From contig NZ_CP186926.1 in the NCBI RefSeq assembly GCF_049554935.1, positions 1,280,001 to 1,344,000 on the forward strand: a stretch of 64,000 nucleotides of DNA. The letters run 5' to 3'. Source of the stretch: Methanocaldococcus indicus (GTDB lineage: Archaea > AGJL01 > Methanococci > Methanococcales > Methanocaldococcaceae). Under the pieces are notes generated by a model, which saw nothing but the letters and a program-made list of their open reading frames with translations, searched no databases and was not told the origin of the DNA. The position numbers and the translations under genes are program-made. This document shows positions 31,242 through 42,273 of the stretch, piece by piece. Position 1 is the first letter of the stretch, and the number at the start of each line of letters is the position of its first letter.

Positions 31242-32456
31242 ATGGACCCAATTGAATTTATACAGCAATCTGCAAGCTCTATTGCAAATACTATGCATAA
31301 ACTTAAATTAAAATATAATCCATTTTCAGAAAAACCTATTAGAGGAAACACAAAATTTTTTGTTGGAAGAGTGAGTGAGCTTAGAGAAATTGGGGAAATA
31401 TTAGGTTCTGCAATGCATGGAAGTGTTGCTAATGCTGCAATAGTAGGAACAAAGGGAATTGGTAAAAGTTCTATGCTAAATATTATTTACTATGCTACTA
31501 AAAAACAAGGTCATTGGGTTGTTGAATTAACAGCTTCTCAAATAACTCCAAGACAGTTCTTAATTCAACTTTTATATAATATATTAACTGAGAATGTATT
31601 AACAATAAGTGGAAATATTAAATCTGAATATATGGAATATTCTCCTAAAATTTTAGAGATGTATAAAAAATTAAATAACTATGGTGATAAAGTTCCTATC
31701 CACTATCCAAGAGAGAGAATTGAAAGAGATTTAGAATTTTTAATAAATACTGTAAAGAGTCATGATAAACTATGTATCATTTTAATAGATGAAGCAGACC
31801 AATTTGCAAAAAAGAGCTGTCTATCTTTATTACAATTCTTCCATTCTTTTTTATATGAAGAAGGAATTTTAACTTTTTTAGCAGGCTCACCAACATTAAT
31901 GGATGATTTAACAAAAATTTCACCTCCAATAAAGGATAGAATCCCAAAAATAATAAATATGCCACCACTTTCAAGAGATGAATCTTATGACTTAATAAGG
32001 AGAAGATTAGAAGATGCACATATAGAAGGAGCTGAAGAGTTTGAACCTTTCACAAATGAGGCTATTGATATGATTGTTGAAGAGTGTGATGGAATCCCAA
32101 GAAAAATAATTATGACCTGTTCCGAATCAATATCAATTGCTATAAAAAAGAACCTTACTAAGATTGATGAGAATATAGTTAAAGAAGCAATACATTCATT
32201 GGGCATTAGTGTTGGACATCAGATTTTAAATCATCTAACTCCTGCTCAATCTGAGATTGTTAAAGCAATGGCAAAGCTTGGTGGAACAGCAACAGTTACT
32301 CAATTAGCAGAGTATTTAAAAAAATCTCCTGGAACCATTGGAACTCATCTCTCAGATATTTATGAGATGGGATATATTTACAAAGAAAGAGATGGAAATA
32401 ATGTATATTACAAACTTTCCAAGGAATTAATAGAGGTTTTATTAGAGAAAGATTAA
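31242..32456 (+). CDS. AAA+ ATPase with C-terminal winged HTH (divergent Cdc6/Orc1-like architecture)
   Basis: FVGRVSEL, GTKGIGKS, ILIDEAD, GIPR sensor-2 and ArsR-like wHTH. Confidence 0.75.
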   Translation: MDPIEFIQQSASSIANTMHKLKLKYNPFSEKPIRGNTKFFVGRVSELREIGEILGSAMHGSVANAAIVGTKGIGKSSMLNIIYYATKKQGHWVVELTASQITPRQFLIQLLYNILTENVLTISGNIKSEYMEYSPKILEMYKKLNNYGDKVPIHYPRERIERDLEFLINTVKSHDKLCIILIDEADQFAKKSCLSLLQFFHSFLYEEGILTFLAGSPTLMDDLTKISPPIKDRIPKIINMPPLSRDESYDLIRRRLEDAHIEGAEEFEPFTNEAIDMIVEECDGIPRKIIMTCSESISIAIKKNLTKIDENIVKEAIHSLGISVGHQILNHLTPAQSEIVKAMAKLGGTATVTQLAEYLKKSPGTIGTHLSDIYEMGYIYKERDGNNVYYKLSKELIEVLLEKD

Positions 32457-32475
32457 AAAATAAATTAAAAAAAAA

Positions 32476-33954
32476 TTATGTTTTATTTTTCTCTCTCCAT
32501 TCTTTTAATATTCTTTCCCAATTTTGTCTTAAAAATTCTCCTACTTGTGAGGAATCTCTTGTTCCAACAACACAAGTCCAACCTGTTTTTTCTTCAATGT
32601 CTCCTCTTGTTGATGCTGCTAATGCAGGTAAAATAATTATTCTATGATTCACTTTATCAGCTATTCCTGTCTCTTCTATTAATTTTTTAGCATTCTCTCC
32701 ATTGTATTGTCCTCCTGCAACTGAAACATCAACCGCTTTTCCTCCTGTGTCCATAACCAACAGCCAACATGTCACATTATCTTTTTCAAAGTCCCCTGTA
32801 ACTGTATAGAATGTTAAGGAGAAGTTGGTTGTTAATATAACTGGACTATTTTCATCAGGATTACCAATAGGATATAAGCCAGGTTCAACTGCTTGAGGTT
32901 TTCTTGGGTCTGTGTAGATAGCTTGTCTTAATGTTAAGATAGGCATTAACTCCCAAATATCATAGTTATGCAAGATTAGAGCATCAGCATATCTATTTAA
33001 TAGAGTGGCTGATATAGTAGCTTCAAACATCTTAGCAGCATCTTCTTTACTTTTTATACTACCATTATCTATAAATTTAGTAAATGGAACCTCATAATTT
33101 AAAGCATAGTAATAGGCCTTTATTGGTAAATTTAATATTGGAAATCCAAGATATTTATCCTCTCTCTCTATTGCACTTCTTCTTATCATCACATTAAAAT
33201 CTAATGTTTCAGCTATATTTTCAGGATAAGTGTGAGGTTCTAAAACAATATCCTCAATACCATTGGCTAAACACTTTGCTGAGAGATTTTTTAGCTCTTT
33301 AACATTATTTGATGATACAACTAAAGCAACATCTTTTTTAGATTTTTTAATTACTTTAATCATATCATTTATATTATCTCTATTTGCACAGTAAATTAAT
33401 GGTTTTGACTTTATTACATTTAATGCCTCTTCAATTATCTCAGGATTTAAAGATGCTATACATATGGGCATATCAGTTTCTTTTTCAACAATTTGGATAG
33501 CTTTCTTAAATTTCTCTACATCTCCTGATGCACATCTAACAACAATAAAATCTAACTTTAATTTTTCTCCAGTTCTTTCAAATTCAAAATCTTCAATATC
33601 TTTTGCTCTCTTTTTAATCTCTTCTTCACTCAAAGTATCTGGGATATCTACACCTATAGCAGTAGGATTAAAAAATGTTAGTTCATATCTATACATTACT
33701 TCTTCTCCACCTAAAATAGCCTTCTTTTTTTCATTACCAAAACAAACCTCTTTAACTGGTGGAGATATAAGTTCCAAAATTTTCTTTTTATTTTTTTCAT
33801 AATTTGGAGTATTTAATATAGGACATTGGTCAAGTGTTGCCTCTCTCTCTAATAATTTTGTAGCAAAAGCCATACAAGAAGGATATCCACATTTTTTACA
33901 GTTTGTTTTTGGTAAATATTTATATATGTCCATTGCACTTATCTTTTTTGGCAT
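32476..33954 (-). CDS. cdhE: Acetyl-CoA decarbonylase/synthase gamma subunit (corrinoid FeS large)
   Basis: LPKTNCKKCGYPSCMAFA, IYTDPRKPQ, TTNFSLT. Confidence 0.93.
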   Translation of the reverse strand: MPKKISAMDIYKYLPKTNCKKCGYPSCMAFATKLLEREATLDQCPILNTPNYEKNKKKILELISPPVKEVCFGNEKKKAILGGEEVMYRYELTFFNPTAIGVDIPDTLSEEEIKKRAKDIEDFEFERTGEKLKLDFIVVRCASGDVEKFKKAIQIVEKETDMPICIASLNPEIIEEALNVIKSKPLIYCANRDNINDMIKVIKKSKKDVALVVSSNNVKELKNLSAKCLANGIEDIVLEPHTYPENIAETLDFNVMIRRSAIEREDKYLGFPILNLPIKAYYYALNYEVPFTKFIDNGSIKSKEDAAKMFEATISATLLNRYADALILHNYDIWELMPILTLRQAIYTDPRKPQAVEPGLYPIGNPDENSPVILTTNFSLTFYTVTGDFEKDNVTCWLLVMDTGGKAVDVSVAGGQYNGENAKKLIEETGIADKVNHRIIILPALAASTRGDIEEKTGWTCVVGTRDSSQVGEFLRQNWERILKEWREKNKT

Positions 33955-33967
33955 AAAATCCCCTCTT

Positions 33968-35152
33968 TTATGCTGTTATCCAATCATAATTATTTAATTT
34001 TGCTTTAACTTCTCCTGGTTTTGTTGTGAGTGTTTTTCCAATTTCTTTCAATGTTTTAACTGCTATAGGATTAAGCATCATAAACATATCTACTCCTGAT
34101 AGAAGCATAGTTATTCCAGTAGTTATTTCCCAAAGAGGTAATCTATACTCTCTTGGACCCCAGTCATCTTTTTTCATCCATGCTTCTCTTGCACCATTTG
34201 CATTAGTTGTTCCAGAGGACATAGGCATATTGACTAACTCATCTCCTTTTAAACCATTTAACCTTAATCTTGTCATTGCATTTATTGAGAACTCTATTCC
34301 ATATCCTAATGCACATGTTGTAGGGTCCATAACTATTCTATTAGGGTCTAATCCAGCATCTATAAGTTTCCTATTCAAATCTTTTGCCATATTTGGGTCC
34401 ATAATTGTCCAAGCTAAAACATTGTGGTCATACTTCATAGCTGCATTAACTATCCTTTTATAATCTAACTCTAAATTAGCAGATGCTAATAAACATCTAT
34501 CTCCTTCTGCAACTTCTGCACATGCCTCTAATACTAATGGGTCTTTATCTGGGTTTCCACTCCCCCCAATAACAAAAGGAACTTTAACAGCTTGAAGTAA
34601 ATCTTCCATTAATTTAGCTGCTTCTCTTGGTGATGTATCTTTAATTTTAGGGTCAGTTGATATATGATGGATAGTTATCATATCTGCCTCAAACTCTTTA
34701 ACACACTTCTTAGCCCATTCACAAGGGTCTTCCATAACATCCTCAAAAAACTGCTTAACAGGCTTAGGTAGGCTATGAAGTGGAATATCAAATATATCAA
34801 AAGTTACAACTGGAGGGTTAGGATAATGCTCTTCAAATCTGTATAAAGCTCTCTGTCCACCAACTTTTACAACTATTCCTCTACCACCTTCACTTTTAGG
34901 CTTTCCAAAAGAGACCTCCCTTATATATCCCTTATATTTTTCAATTGGTGGCTCAAAATCTAACTCTTCTATATCTTTAATCTCAATAATTCCTTCATCT
35001 GCAAGTTCTTGTTTTAGAGGTTGTGTCATTGGTACTCTTATAGGAGCTGATGTGGGAATGTTAATAACTAACTCATCTGCTTTGATTATTATATTCTCAA
35101 TCTCAATACCTCCAACTTTCTCAATAATTTTTAATAGTTTATCTAAATCCAT
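33968..35152 (-). CDS. cdhD: Acetyl-CoA decarbonylase/synthase delta subunit (corrinoid FeS small)
   Basis: IGGSGNPDKD, MDPTTCALGYGIE, AREAW. Confidence 0.93.
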   Translation of the reverse strand: MDLDKLLKIIEKVGGIEIENIIIKADELVINIPTSAPIRVPMTQPLKQELADEGIIEIKDIEELDFEPPIEKYKGYIREVSFGKPKSEGGRGIVVKVGGQRALYRFEEHYPNPPVVTFDIFDIPLHSLPKPVKQFFEDVMEDPCEWAKKCVKEFEADMITIHHISTDPKIKDTSPREAAKLMEDLLQAVKVPFVIGGSGNPDKDPLVLEACAEVAEGDRCLLASANLELDYKRIVNAAMKYDHNVLAWTIMDPNMAKDLNRKLIDAGLDPNRIVMDPTTCALGYGIEFSINAMTRLRLNGLKGDELVNMPMSSGTTNANGAREAWMKKDDWGPREYRLPLWEITTGITMLLSGVDMFMMLNPIAVKTLKEIGKTLTTKPGEVKAKLNNYDWITA

Positions 35153-35332
35153 AATTCCACCAATCTGTCATGATAAATCATTACAAATTTAGCTAATTAA
35201 AACTAATAAAAATACAAAGTTTATATACTTTATCTAAAATAAATTTTAAAAAAATTAGATATTCCTTGAACATTATAATATGTTGAGTATTATTAAAAAT
35301 AACATTGAATTAAAATAGTTCTAAAAAATAGT

Positions 35333-35657
35333 GGTGTGCATGGCTTCCTTGGGGTGGACTGGCCTCCCTACTTATCCCTGTAACCCCGAGGCCATCTCGG
35401 CCCCGCACCCCCGTGAGCACCGACGTCCCACCTACCGTTGCTCCCTTCCGGGCCTGGCGGGGTTCGGTGGGTAAAGGGGGTTATGCCCTCCTTACAGAGG
35501 GCACTCCCCCTCCGCCGAGTCCCACGGGACGAGGCCTCATTGATGGCCTCGGGAGGGACAAGTAGAGAGACCAGCCGCCCCCAAGTTTTCGGCCCCCGCA
35601 TAAGGACGGTTTCGGGTTACAGGGGACGCCCAACCCCCCGGCCTAGCCATGCACACC
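35333..35657 (-). ncRNA. ffs: Signal recognition particle (7S) RNA
   Basis: GC-rich; terminal helix GGUGUGCAUGGCU/AGCCAUGCACACC; helix-8 GCCAGGCCCGGAAGGGAGCAACGG. Confidence 0.96.
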
Positions 35658-35677
35658 AAATATATATAATAGTCTAT

Positions 35678-35690
35678 TTTATATATAAAA
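35678..35690 (-). promoter_or_regulatory. TATA box of the SRP RNA gene
   Basis: TTTTATATATA about 25-30 nt upstream of the RNA 5' end. Confidence 0.6.
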
Positions 35691-35724
35691 CTTGTCATAG
35701 AAAAATTAATATATAAAAATAAAT

Positions 35725-36108
35725 CTATAAAATTTTTACTATTCCTTTACTACCATCTAACAATAATTTATCTCCTGTTTTAATTTTATCTATATCTATC
35801 TTATCAACTGCTGGAATTCCTCCAAGAATAGCTCCTGTTGCAATAATTGGCTCACACTCTAAATTAATTATTCCCTTAAGAATACCTTTTTTTGCTAATG
35901 AATAGATGACATAACTTCCAACAGTACTACCTTTTCCATAAGGAAAAACAAAGATTTTGTCTTTTAAATTTTCTCCATAAACATCACTACTTTTATCAAT
36001 TATATTTCCATTATCATCAACTCCTCCTAAAAAAGAAAATGGCTTTTTAGACACTAATGCAATTCCCTCACATATACCTTTTGATATACTTCTACCTTTT
36101 AATATCAT
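35725..36108 (-). CDS. DUF126 / aconitase X swivel subunit (phosphomevalonate dehydratase small subunit-like)
   Basis: PFSFLGGVD, FPYGKGSTVGSYV, EPIIATGAILGGIP. Confidence 0.88.
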   Translation of the reverse strand: MILKGRSISKGICEGIALVSKKPFSFLGGVDDNGNIIDKSSDVYGENLKDKIFVFPYGKGSTVGSYVIYSLAKKGILKGIINLECEPIIATGAILGGIPAVDKIDIDKIKTGDKLLLDGSKGIVKIL

Positions 36109-36241
36109 TTTATTTCACACTCTTAATATTATTATAGAGCAGTCTTCCATAGATTTATTGGCTCCTCTTTATTAATTGAAATTATCACCTTTATCTCTTA
36201 CATCCTATAATACTCAATGAATGAAGTGTATATAAATATTC

Positions 36242-37090
36242 CTATAATATAATTTTAGCACCTTCATTGTTAGGTTTAGTTAATATTATTTTTCCATATT
36301 TTTTTAATGTATTAATTACTCTCTCAGTATTTTCTTTCTCAACTAATGCTATATAACTTGGGCCTGTCCCAGATAGTCCAGAAGTTAAGGCTCCAGCATC
36401 TAATGCCTCTATACTTATGTTTGTTGGAAAGTTTAAAGCTGATGAATATAGAATACCATTCAAAAATAGTGCTTTATAGTAATCTCCATTTAAAGCTAAG
36501 TTAAATGCTACTTCAACATAATCTTTTATGAGCTTCATTCTTTTAACATCCACATTCTTTTTTAAATTTGGTATTAAGATAACAATATCTAAATCCTCTC
36601 TCATTTTGTCTCTTTTAATTATCTCCCTTTTTAAATTATCAGTTATTGTTATTCCTCCATAGTAAGAGGCAGTAGCATCATCATAAGCTCCTGTAACTGT
36701 GAGTTTTTCATCAAAACATGACTTTATTGCTAAATCTAAAATTAATTTATCATCTATTTTTTCATTTAAAGCAGAGAATGTAGCTAAGACAACAGCATTA
36801 GATGTGGCACTACTTGAAGATAATCCTGATTTTATAGGAATTTCTGTCTTAGTTTCAACATAGGCAGAGTAGTTTAAATTAAAATAATCTAAAACATTTT
36901 TAACACATCTTATTATTAAGTTAGGCTCTATATCACTATCTAAAACTTTTCCTTTTATTTCATTTTTATTATCATCAATTAATTTAACTTTTGCATAAAC
37001 TTTTAAATCTATTCCAAAAGCAGAGCCTTTTCCTGTTGATATTGCATTAATTATAGTCCCAGATGCTAATGCGTAAGCTTCTCCTTCCAT
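36242..37090 (-). CDS. aroK: Archaeal shikimate kinase (GHMP family)
   Basis: [38 protein letters not shown]. Confidence 0.93.
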   Translation of the reverse strand: MEGEAYALASGTIINAISTGKGSAFGIDLKVYAKVKLIDDNKNEIKGKVLDSDIEPNLIIRCVKNVLDYFNLNYSAYVETKTEIPIKSGLSSSSATSNAVVLATFSALNEKIDDKLILDLAIKSCFDEKLTVTGAYDDATASYYGGITITDNLKREIIKRDKMREDLDIVILIPNLKKNVDVKRMKLIKDYVEVAFNLALNGDYYKALFLNGILYSSALNFPTNISIEALDAGALTSGLSGTGPSYIALVEKENTERVINTLKKYGKIILTKPNNEGAKIIL

Positions 37091-37094
37091 TTTT

Positions 37095-37991
37095 TCACTT
37101 AAAGTAAGGTTCTCTCCTTCTTATACACTCTAAAAAATACTTTTCTAAATCTTCTCCATTTCTTATAGGGGTTAATATATCTACTAAGTTGTCATCCCTC
37201 AATAGACAGGGTTTTAGATATCCATCATGAGTAACCCTTATCCTTGTGCAATGAGCACAAAATTCTGAGTTGTCCATAGGTCTTACAAATTCAACCTCTA
37301 CTCCACTCTCTAATATATATTTAGTTCTATTATGCATTAATCTCCTTCTTATTACTTTTTTGGCTCTTTCTTTTATTTTTTCTTCTATTGGCTTTATATC
37401 AACATAAAATTTTCTATCTTCTTCATTTTGTGGAAGAAATTCAATAATTTGGAGAATAACTCCTTTATCAGCACAAAAATCAATAAATTCATCTATTTCA
37501 TTTATATTTAATGTTAAAGCAACAAAATTTATTTTTATTGGATAAAAGTATTTTACTGCCTCATCTATCCCTTCTAAAACAGATGTTAAATTACCTTTTG
37601 TGATTTGATAATACACTTCTGAATTTAAAGAATCTAAACTTATATTAACCCTATCTAAACCTGCTTCTTTTAAAGATTTTGCATATTTTTTTAGTAGAGT
37701 TCCATTAGTTGTTAATGAAATATCTTCAATTCCCCTGACTTCTCTTATTTTTTCAACAATTTCAACAATATCCTTTCTTATTAATGGTTCTCCACCAGAG
37801 ATTTTAACTTTCTTAACACCAAATTTTACAGATGTTTCAACAATCTTTTTTATATCATCAGATGTTAGATATCTATCATTTCCTAAGTGTCCCTCTTTAT
37901 GACAATAAAAACAGTTGAGATTACATTTATTAGTTATAGAAATTCTTAGAGATTTTATAGGTCTCCCATATCTATCCTTCATAGCTATCAA
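37095..37991 (-). CDS. moaA: GTP 3',8-cyclase
   Basis: [40 protein letters not shown]. Confidence 0.93.
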   Translation of the reverse strand: MIAMKDRYGRPIKSLRISITNKCNLNCFYCHKEGHLGNDRYLTSDDIKKIVETSVKFGVKKVKISGGEPLIRKDIVEIVEKIREVRGIEDISLTTNGTLLKKYAKSLKEAGLDRVNISLDSLNSEVYYQITKGNLTSVLEGIDEAVKYFYPIKINFVALTLNINEIDEFIDFCADKGVILQIIEFLPQNEEDRKFYVDIKPIEEKIKERAKKVIRRRLMHNRTKYILESGVEVEFVRPMDNSEFCAHCTRIRVTHDGYLKPCLLRDDNLVDILTPIRNGEDLEKYFLECIRRREPYFK

Positions 37992-38044
37992 AAAATAAAA
38001 ATAGTTGTTTTTATAGTTATTTTTTTATAAATTTAATTATATTT

Positions 38045-38731
38045 TTATTCTTCTTTTTCTTCTGTTTTTTCTTCATCTTCTTTTTTTCTTTTAAATGTTT
38101 CTACAAATTTAACCTCATCTATATTTTCAAATCTTTTGAGAATTTCTTGAACAATTGCCAACTTTTGCCTTATATCAATTGGAGGAACTTCTATAATAAC
38201 TGTGTTTCCTTCAATTTTAACCTCAGCTGTTAATCTTGGAACAGCCATTTTAACAATTTCTTTTATAATATCTTCATCATTCTCTATAACTTCTTCTATT
38301 TTGATTCTATATTTTACTTCTTTCCCAGCTAATTCATGATTGAAATCTACTAAAACTCTTCCACTATTTACACTTACAATTTTTCCTGGAGTTCCATCAA
38401 CATTTATAACTAATCCTTTAACAACTGGAATTCCTCTCTTTTTAAATTCACTTATTGGGATAATCTTTATTTTAGATGGGTCTCTTTTACCAAAAGCTTT
38501 CTCTGGTGGTAAAACAACTTCTCTCTCTTCTCCAACATCCATCTCTAATAAAACTTCATCTAAACCAGGAATAACTTGACCATCTCCTACAAAAATTGCT
38601 ACTGGTCCATAAACAATATTTGGATTGTATATTCCTTCTGCCTTTGCTTTTTCTTCATCTGTTGTATCAAACAACTTACCTTCAACATATCCATCATAAC
38701 TTATTCTGACTAACTTACCTTTTTCTACCAT
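38045..38731 (-). CDS. FKBP-type peptidyl-prolyl isomerase (long archaeal type)
   Basis: [25 protein letters not shown]. Confidence 0.92.
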   Translation of the reverse strand: MVEKGKLVRISYDGYVEGKLFDTTDEEKAKAEGIYNPNIVYGPVAIFVGDGQVIPGLDEVLLEMDVGEEREVVLPPEKAFGKRDPSKIKIIPISEFKKRGIPVVKGLVINVDGTPGKIVSVNSGRVLVDFNHELAGKEVKYRIKIEEVIENDEDIIKEIVKMAVPRLTAEVKIEGNTVIIEVPPIDIRQKLAIVQEILKRFENIDEVKFVETFKRKKEDEEKTEEKEE

Positions 38732-38816
38732 TTTTACTTCACCATAAATTTTTAATTTTTTGGAAAATTATTAATGATACTATTTATATTTTAATTTTCA
38801 TTAAAATATCTAAAAC

Positions 38817-39443
38817 TTATAATCCTGCATAATCTTCTAAGATAACAATATTCTTTCTTGTATCATAGATAAAATAACTCTTAGGAGATGGATTTACAAC
38901 TATTGTATTATCTATTTTATCTATACATCTACTTTCATGAATATGGCCACAGGCACATAAAACAACATCATTATTCTCTATAAATTCTCTAACAGCCTTA
39001 CTACCAACATGAGTATTATTGACAATATCTGCCATAGTTCCATAAGGTGGAGCATGAGAAACTAATATAATATTATCTAAGTTGTAAAATTTTTTTAGCT
39101 CATTTAAAAGTTCATTGTCATCATACTCATAATATGTATTAAATGGGGTTCTATTACTTCCTCCAATCCCTAAGAAGTTGTATTTATCTATCTTTTTAAC
39201 TTTTTTGTCTATATTTAAATTATAACTGTTTAGTTCATCTATAACCTCTTTTGTATCACAGTTCCCAGGGACACATAAAACATCTAAATAATCAGATAAC
39301 TCTGCTAAATCTTCAATAATCTCAATTCCTTTCCCAAAGTGAGTAATATCACCAGAAACAACTAAAACATCAGCTTTGTTTTTAAGTTCATATAATATTG
39401 AAGGAAATCTACCATGTAAGTCAGTAACTCCAATAATTATCAT
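38817..39443 (-). CDS. Calcineurin-like metallophosphoesterase
   Basis: DLHG, GD, GNCD, HAPP, GHIHE. Confidence 0.9.
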   Translation of the reverse strand: MIIIGVTDLHGRFPSILYELKNKADVLVVSGDITHFGKGIEIIEDLAELSDYLDVLCVPGNCDTKEVIDELNSYNLNIDKKVKKIDKYNFLGIGGSNRTPFNTYYEYDDNELLNELKKFYNLDNIILVSHAPPYGTMADIVNNTHVGSKAVREFIENNDVVLCACGHIHESRCIDKIDNTIVVNPSPKSYFIYDTRKNIVILEDYAGL

Positions 39444-40111
39444 TTTCTCACCACAAATCCAATATATGTGGATATATACTTATATGGTGTGTTATAAAAG
39501 AATTTATCTAAAAAGATATTTGATAAACCAAAACTAAACTCTAATTTAAAATTTAATTTATTTAAAAGTTTTATTATTTCTTTATATGAGTAAAATCTTG
39601 TTTTAACATTATATTTTTTGTTGTTAATAACTTTATAAATTTCTCCTTTCCTTTTCTTTATAGCTGAAAATATCTTTTTTGGTTTTTTTAAATTTTTTAT
39701 AATCCAAAAAATATCATATACATTAGCTAATGTAAATATGAATATTCCATCATTTTTTAATACTCTTCTTATTTCCTTAAAAGCTCTAATAATATTACAA
39801 TGATTCAATGCTCCAAAAAAAGATATAACTGCATCAAAAGAGTTATTTTTAAATGGAAGATACTCAACATTTCCAACTACAACAGGATTATACTTTTTAG
39901 CTATTTTAGCCATCTCTAAGGATATATCTAATCCAATAGCTTTCTTAAAATATTTTAAATGCCTCCCTGTTCCACATCCAATATCTAAAACTAAATCATC
40001 CTCTTTTATATACTTGCTCATAATTTTTCTTTCAACATCTTCCATATAATTTAGATTATAAAGTTCATTATACTTCTTTGCCAGTGCATCATAATATTTG
40101 ATAATTTTCAT
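39440..40111 (-). CDS. Class I SAM-dependent methyltransferase
   Basis: VLDIGCGTG, LPFKNNSFD. Confidence 0.88.
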   Translation of the reverse strand: MKIIKYYDALAKKYNELYNLNYMEDVERKIMSKYIKEDDLVLDIGCGTGRHLKYFKKAIGLDISLEMAKIAKKYNPVVVGNVEYLPFKNNSFDAVISFFGALNHCNIIRAFKEIRRVLKNDGIFIFTLANVYDIFWIIKNLKKPKKIFSAIKKRKGEIYKVINNKKYNVKTRFYSYKEIIKLLNKLNFKLEFSFGLSNIFLDKFFYNTPYKYISTYIGFVVRK

Positions 40112-40122
40112 ATATTTTTCAC

Positions 40123-41277
40123 TTATATCTTTTCAATATCTAAAAACAAACATTTTAAATATTCAGTACCTTTTGATGTTATAGGATGGTCTCTGGCTTG
40201 GCTACCTATATAAAAGATTCTTCCCCATTTTTTAGCTTTTAATACAGCATCAATAACTAAAGCTTTAAAATTATCCATACTTACTGGCTGAGAGCATGAA
40301 CAACTAACCAACAAATTCTTTGTTAATTTAGCACCTAATCTATTTAGATAATGATAACCCTTTAAAGCATTTTTAAGGGATTTTTTAGATTGGGCAAAGG
40401 CAGGGGGGTCTAAGATAACTGTATCAAAGGATATATTATCATTTAAGAAAGATTCCATAACTTCAAAGGCATTACCTTCAATAAACTCATACTTATCTTT
40501 TGGGATTTTGTTAAGTTCCATATTTTCCTCAGCAACTTTTAAAGCTTTTTTAGATAAATCTACTCCAACAACATAACCTCCTCTTAAAGCTGCATGGACA
40601 GAGAATCCTCCTGTATAACAACAGACATCTAAAACTTTATCCCCCTCTTTTATAAACTCCTCTAAAAATATCCTATTCTCCCTCTGGTCTAAAAAAAATC
40701 CAGTTTTTTGTCCATCAAACCTTACAATAAATTTAGCTTCTCCCTCTGTTATTATTGTCTCTTTCTTTGTACCATATAAATGTTTTTCAAAATCTTTTAG
40801 TCCAGCTCTTCTTCTATTTCTACCTGAACTTTTTTCAAAAATACTCTCAATACCTAAATCTACTAATGTCTCAACAATAACATCTCTAAATTTTTCAATA
40901 CCATAATTAAATATTTGAATGGTTGCAATATCATTAAATTTATCAATTATTAAACCATTCAACCAATCTGATTGTGTATAAACCATCCTATAACTTTCTT
41001 TATATCCTATCTTTAACCTAAACTCATTTGCTTTAGTTATTTTATCTCTTATATATTTTTCATCTAATTCCTCCTTTCTTAGAGTCATTATTCTAACTTC
41101 ATAAGGATTTTTAAACCCTCTGCCTAAAAATTTTCCTTTTTTTGAGTATATATCAACAACTTCCCCTAATTCAGCTCTATCAAAATCTTCCTTATTTAGA
41201 ATATTCTCTCTTGGAATTATTAAATTTCCTTTCTCTATTGCAGAATATCCTCCAAAATCAACATAAAGCTTTATCAT
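40123..41277 (-). CDS. RlmI-like PUA-domain rRNA m5C methyltransferase
   Basis: GQKTGFFLDQRENR, CYTGGFS, ILDPPAF, SCSCS, EYLK; likely ATG at 41277. Confidence 0.88.
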   Translation of the reverse strand: MIKLYVDFGGYSAIEKGNLIIPRENILNKEDFDRAELGEVVDIYSKKGKFLGRGFKNPYEVRIMTLRKEELDEKYIRDKITKANEFRLKIGYKESYRMVYTQSDWLNGLIIDKFNDIATIQIFNYGIEKFRDVIVETLVDLGIESIFEKSSGRNRRRAGLKDFEKHLYGTKKETIITEGEAKFIVRFDGQKTGFFLDQRENRIFLEEFIKEGDKVLDVCCYTGGFSVHAALRGGYVVGVDLSKKALKVAEENMELNKIPKDKYEFIEGNAFEVMESFLNDNISFDTVILDPPAFAQSKKSLKNALKGYHYLNRLGAKLTKNLLVSCSCSQPVSMDNFKALVIDAVLKAKKWGRIFYIGSQARDHPITSKGTEYLKCLFLDIEKI

Positions 41278-41284
41278 AATTCTC

Positions 41285-42064
41285 TCACTTGTTTTTAATC
41301 TCTTTAATAATATCAATAATCTCTTTAATATGATAAATTTTTTTATCAGCTATTTCTAAAACTTTTGGTGAGACAGAGCCATTTTGTAAAGTAGCTATTG
41401 ATAAATCACTCTCTTTCATAGCTAAAACATCATTAGCTCCATCTCCAACCATAACTGTAAAATATCCTTCTTCTTTTAATTTTTTTATTAAATCTCTCTT
41501 GTCAAATTGATTAGCTTCATAAATATAATTGTCTATTTTTAACCTTTTAGCTAAATTTTCTACCATTCCTTTTCTATCCCCAGATGCAATATATATTTTA
41601 TCAACTAAATTTTTTAGCTTGTCTATTGTTTCTTCTACTCCATCAAACAAACAACCTCCTGTTGCAATAGTATAAGATATTTTTTTATCATAAGTATCTG
41701 CAATTAGAGCACTACCATATCCTGTCTCCAACTCATATCTTTTTAATACATTTAATGGCTCTTTAAGCTCCTTCATTTTTGTTTTATTATCCTTAAAAAT
41801 ATTTTCTTTTATAATAGGAGGATTACAATATGATATTCCTATATTAACCTTTTTTAGAAAATTAGATATTAATTCATTGTCATCCTCTTTATCCACAACT
41901 TCAATAGGACAATCTTTTATAATAACCAATACTCTACCTTTCTTTTTATCAACTAAATCAACTGTCTGTTTATTACAAATAAATTTGTTCTTTTCTATAT
42001 CTTTAATAACTCTAATAATTTTAACTAATGTCCCAGCTGAATCAAAAACAATAGCTATCCTCAT
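41285..42064 (-). CDS. Soluble P-type-ATPase-like HAD phosphatase
   Basis: FDSAGT, ASGD, MVGDGAND. Confidence 0.85.
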   Translation of the reverse strand: MRIAIVFDSAGTLVKIIRVIKDIEKNKFICNKQTVDLVDKKKGRVLVIIKDCPIEVVDKEDDNELISNFLKKVNIGISYCNPPIIKENIFKDNKTKMKELKEPLNVLKRYELETGYGSALIADTYDKKISYTIATGGCLFDGVEETIDKLKNLVDKIYIASGDRKGMVENLAKRLKIDNYIYEANQFDKRDLIKKLKEEGYFTVMVGDGANDVLAMKESDLSIATLQNGSVSPKVLEIADKKIYHIKEIIDIIKEIKNK

Positions 42065-42230
42065 AATCAACAGCAGCAATAGTTTTTTATTTCTTAATAA
42101 ATAATAACTATATTAATTAAATATTAATTTTTTTGGTTAGTCTATAAATTATAAAATGTACATATGTAAATTTATAATTTTCAGTAAGATTAATATATGT
42201 GCTCAGTATTTTTTTATAACCTTACAAAAA

Positions 42231-42258
42231 AGGGGATGTGGCTAAAAAGCTGAACCCT
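42231..42258 (+). promoter_or_regulatory. Probable eL15 ribosomal-protein leader hairpin
   Basis: AGGG-GAUGU-GGCU-AAAA-AGCU-GAA-CCCU in the 5' UTR, just before the rpl15e RBS. Confidence 0.55.
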
Positions 42259-42273
42259 AAAAAGAGGGGTAAA

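Noticed and set aside
35368-35716. Two GC-rich ORFs (77 and 92 aa)
   Set aside because: They overlap the SRP RNA and arise from its high GC content
36115-36200. Possible remnant of a class III signal-peptide gene (KRSQ..SME-like)
   Set aside because: Needs a frameshift, has no start codon and is too short to support
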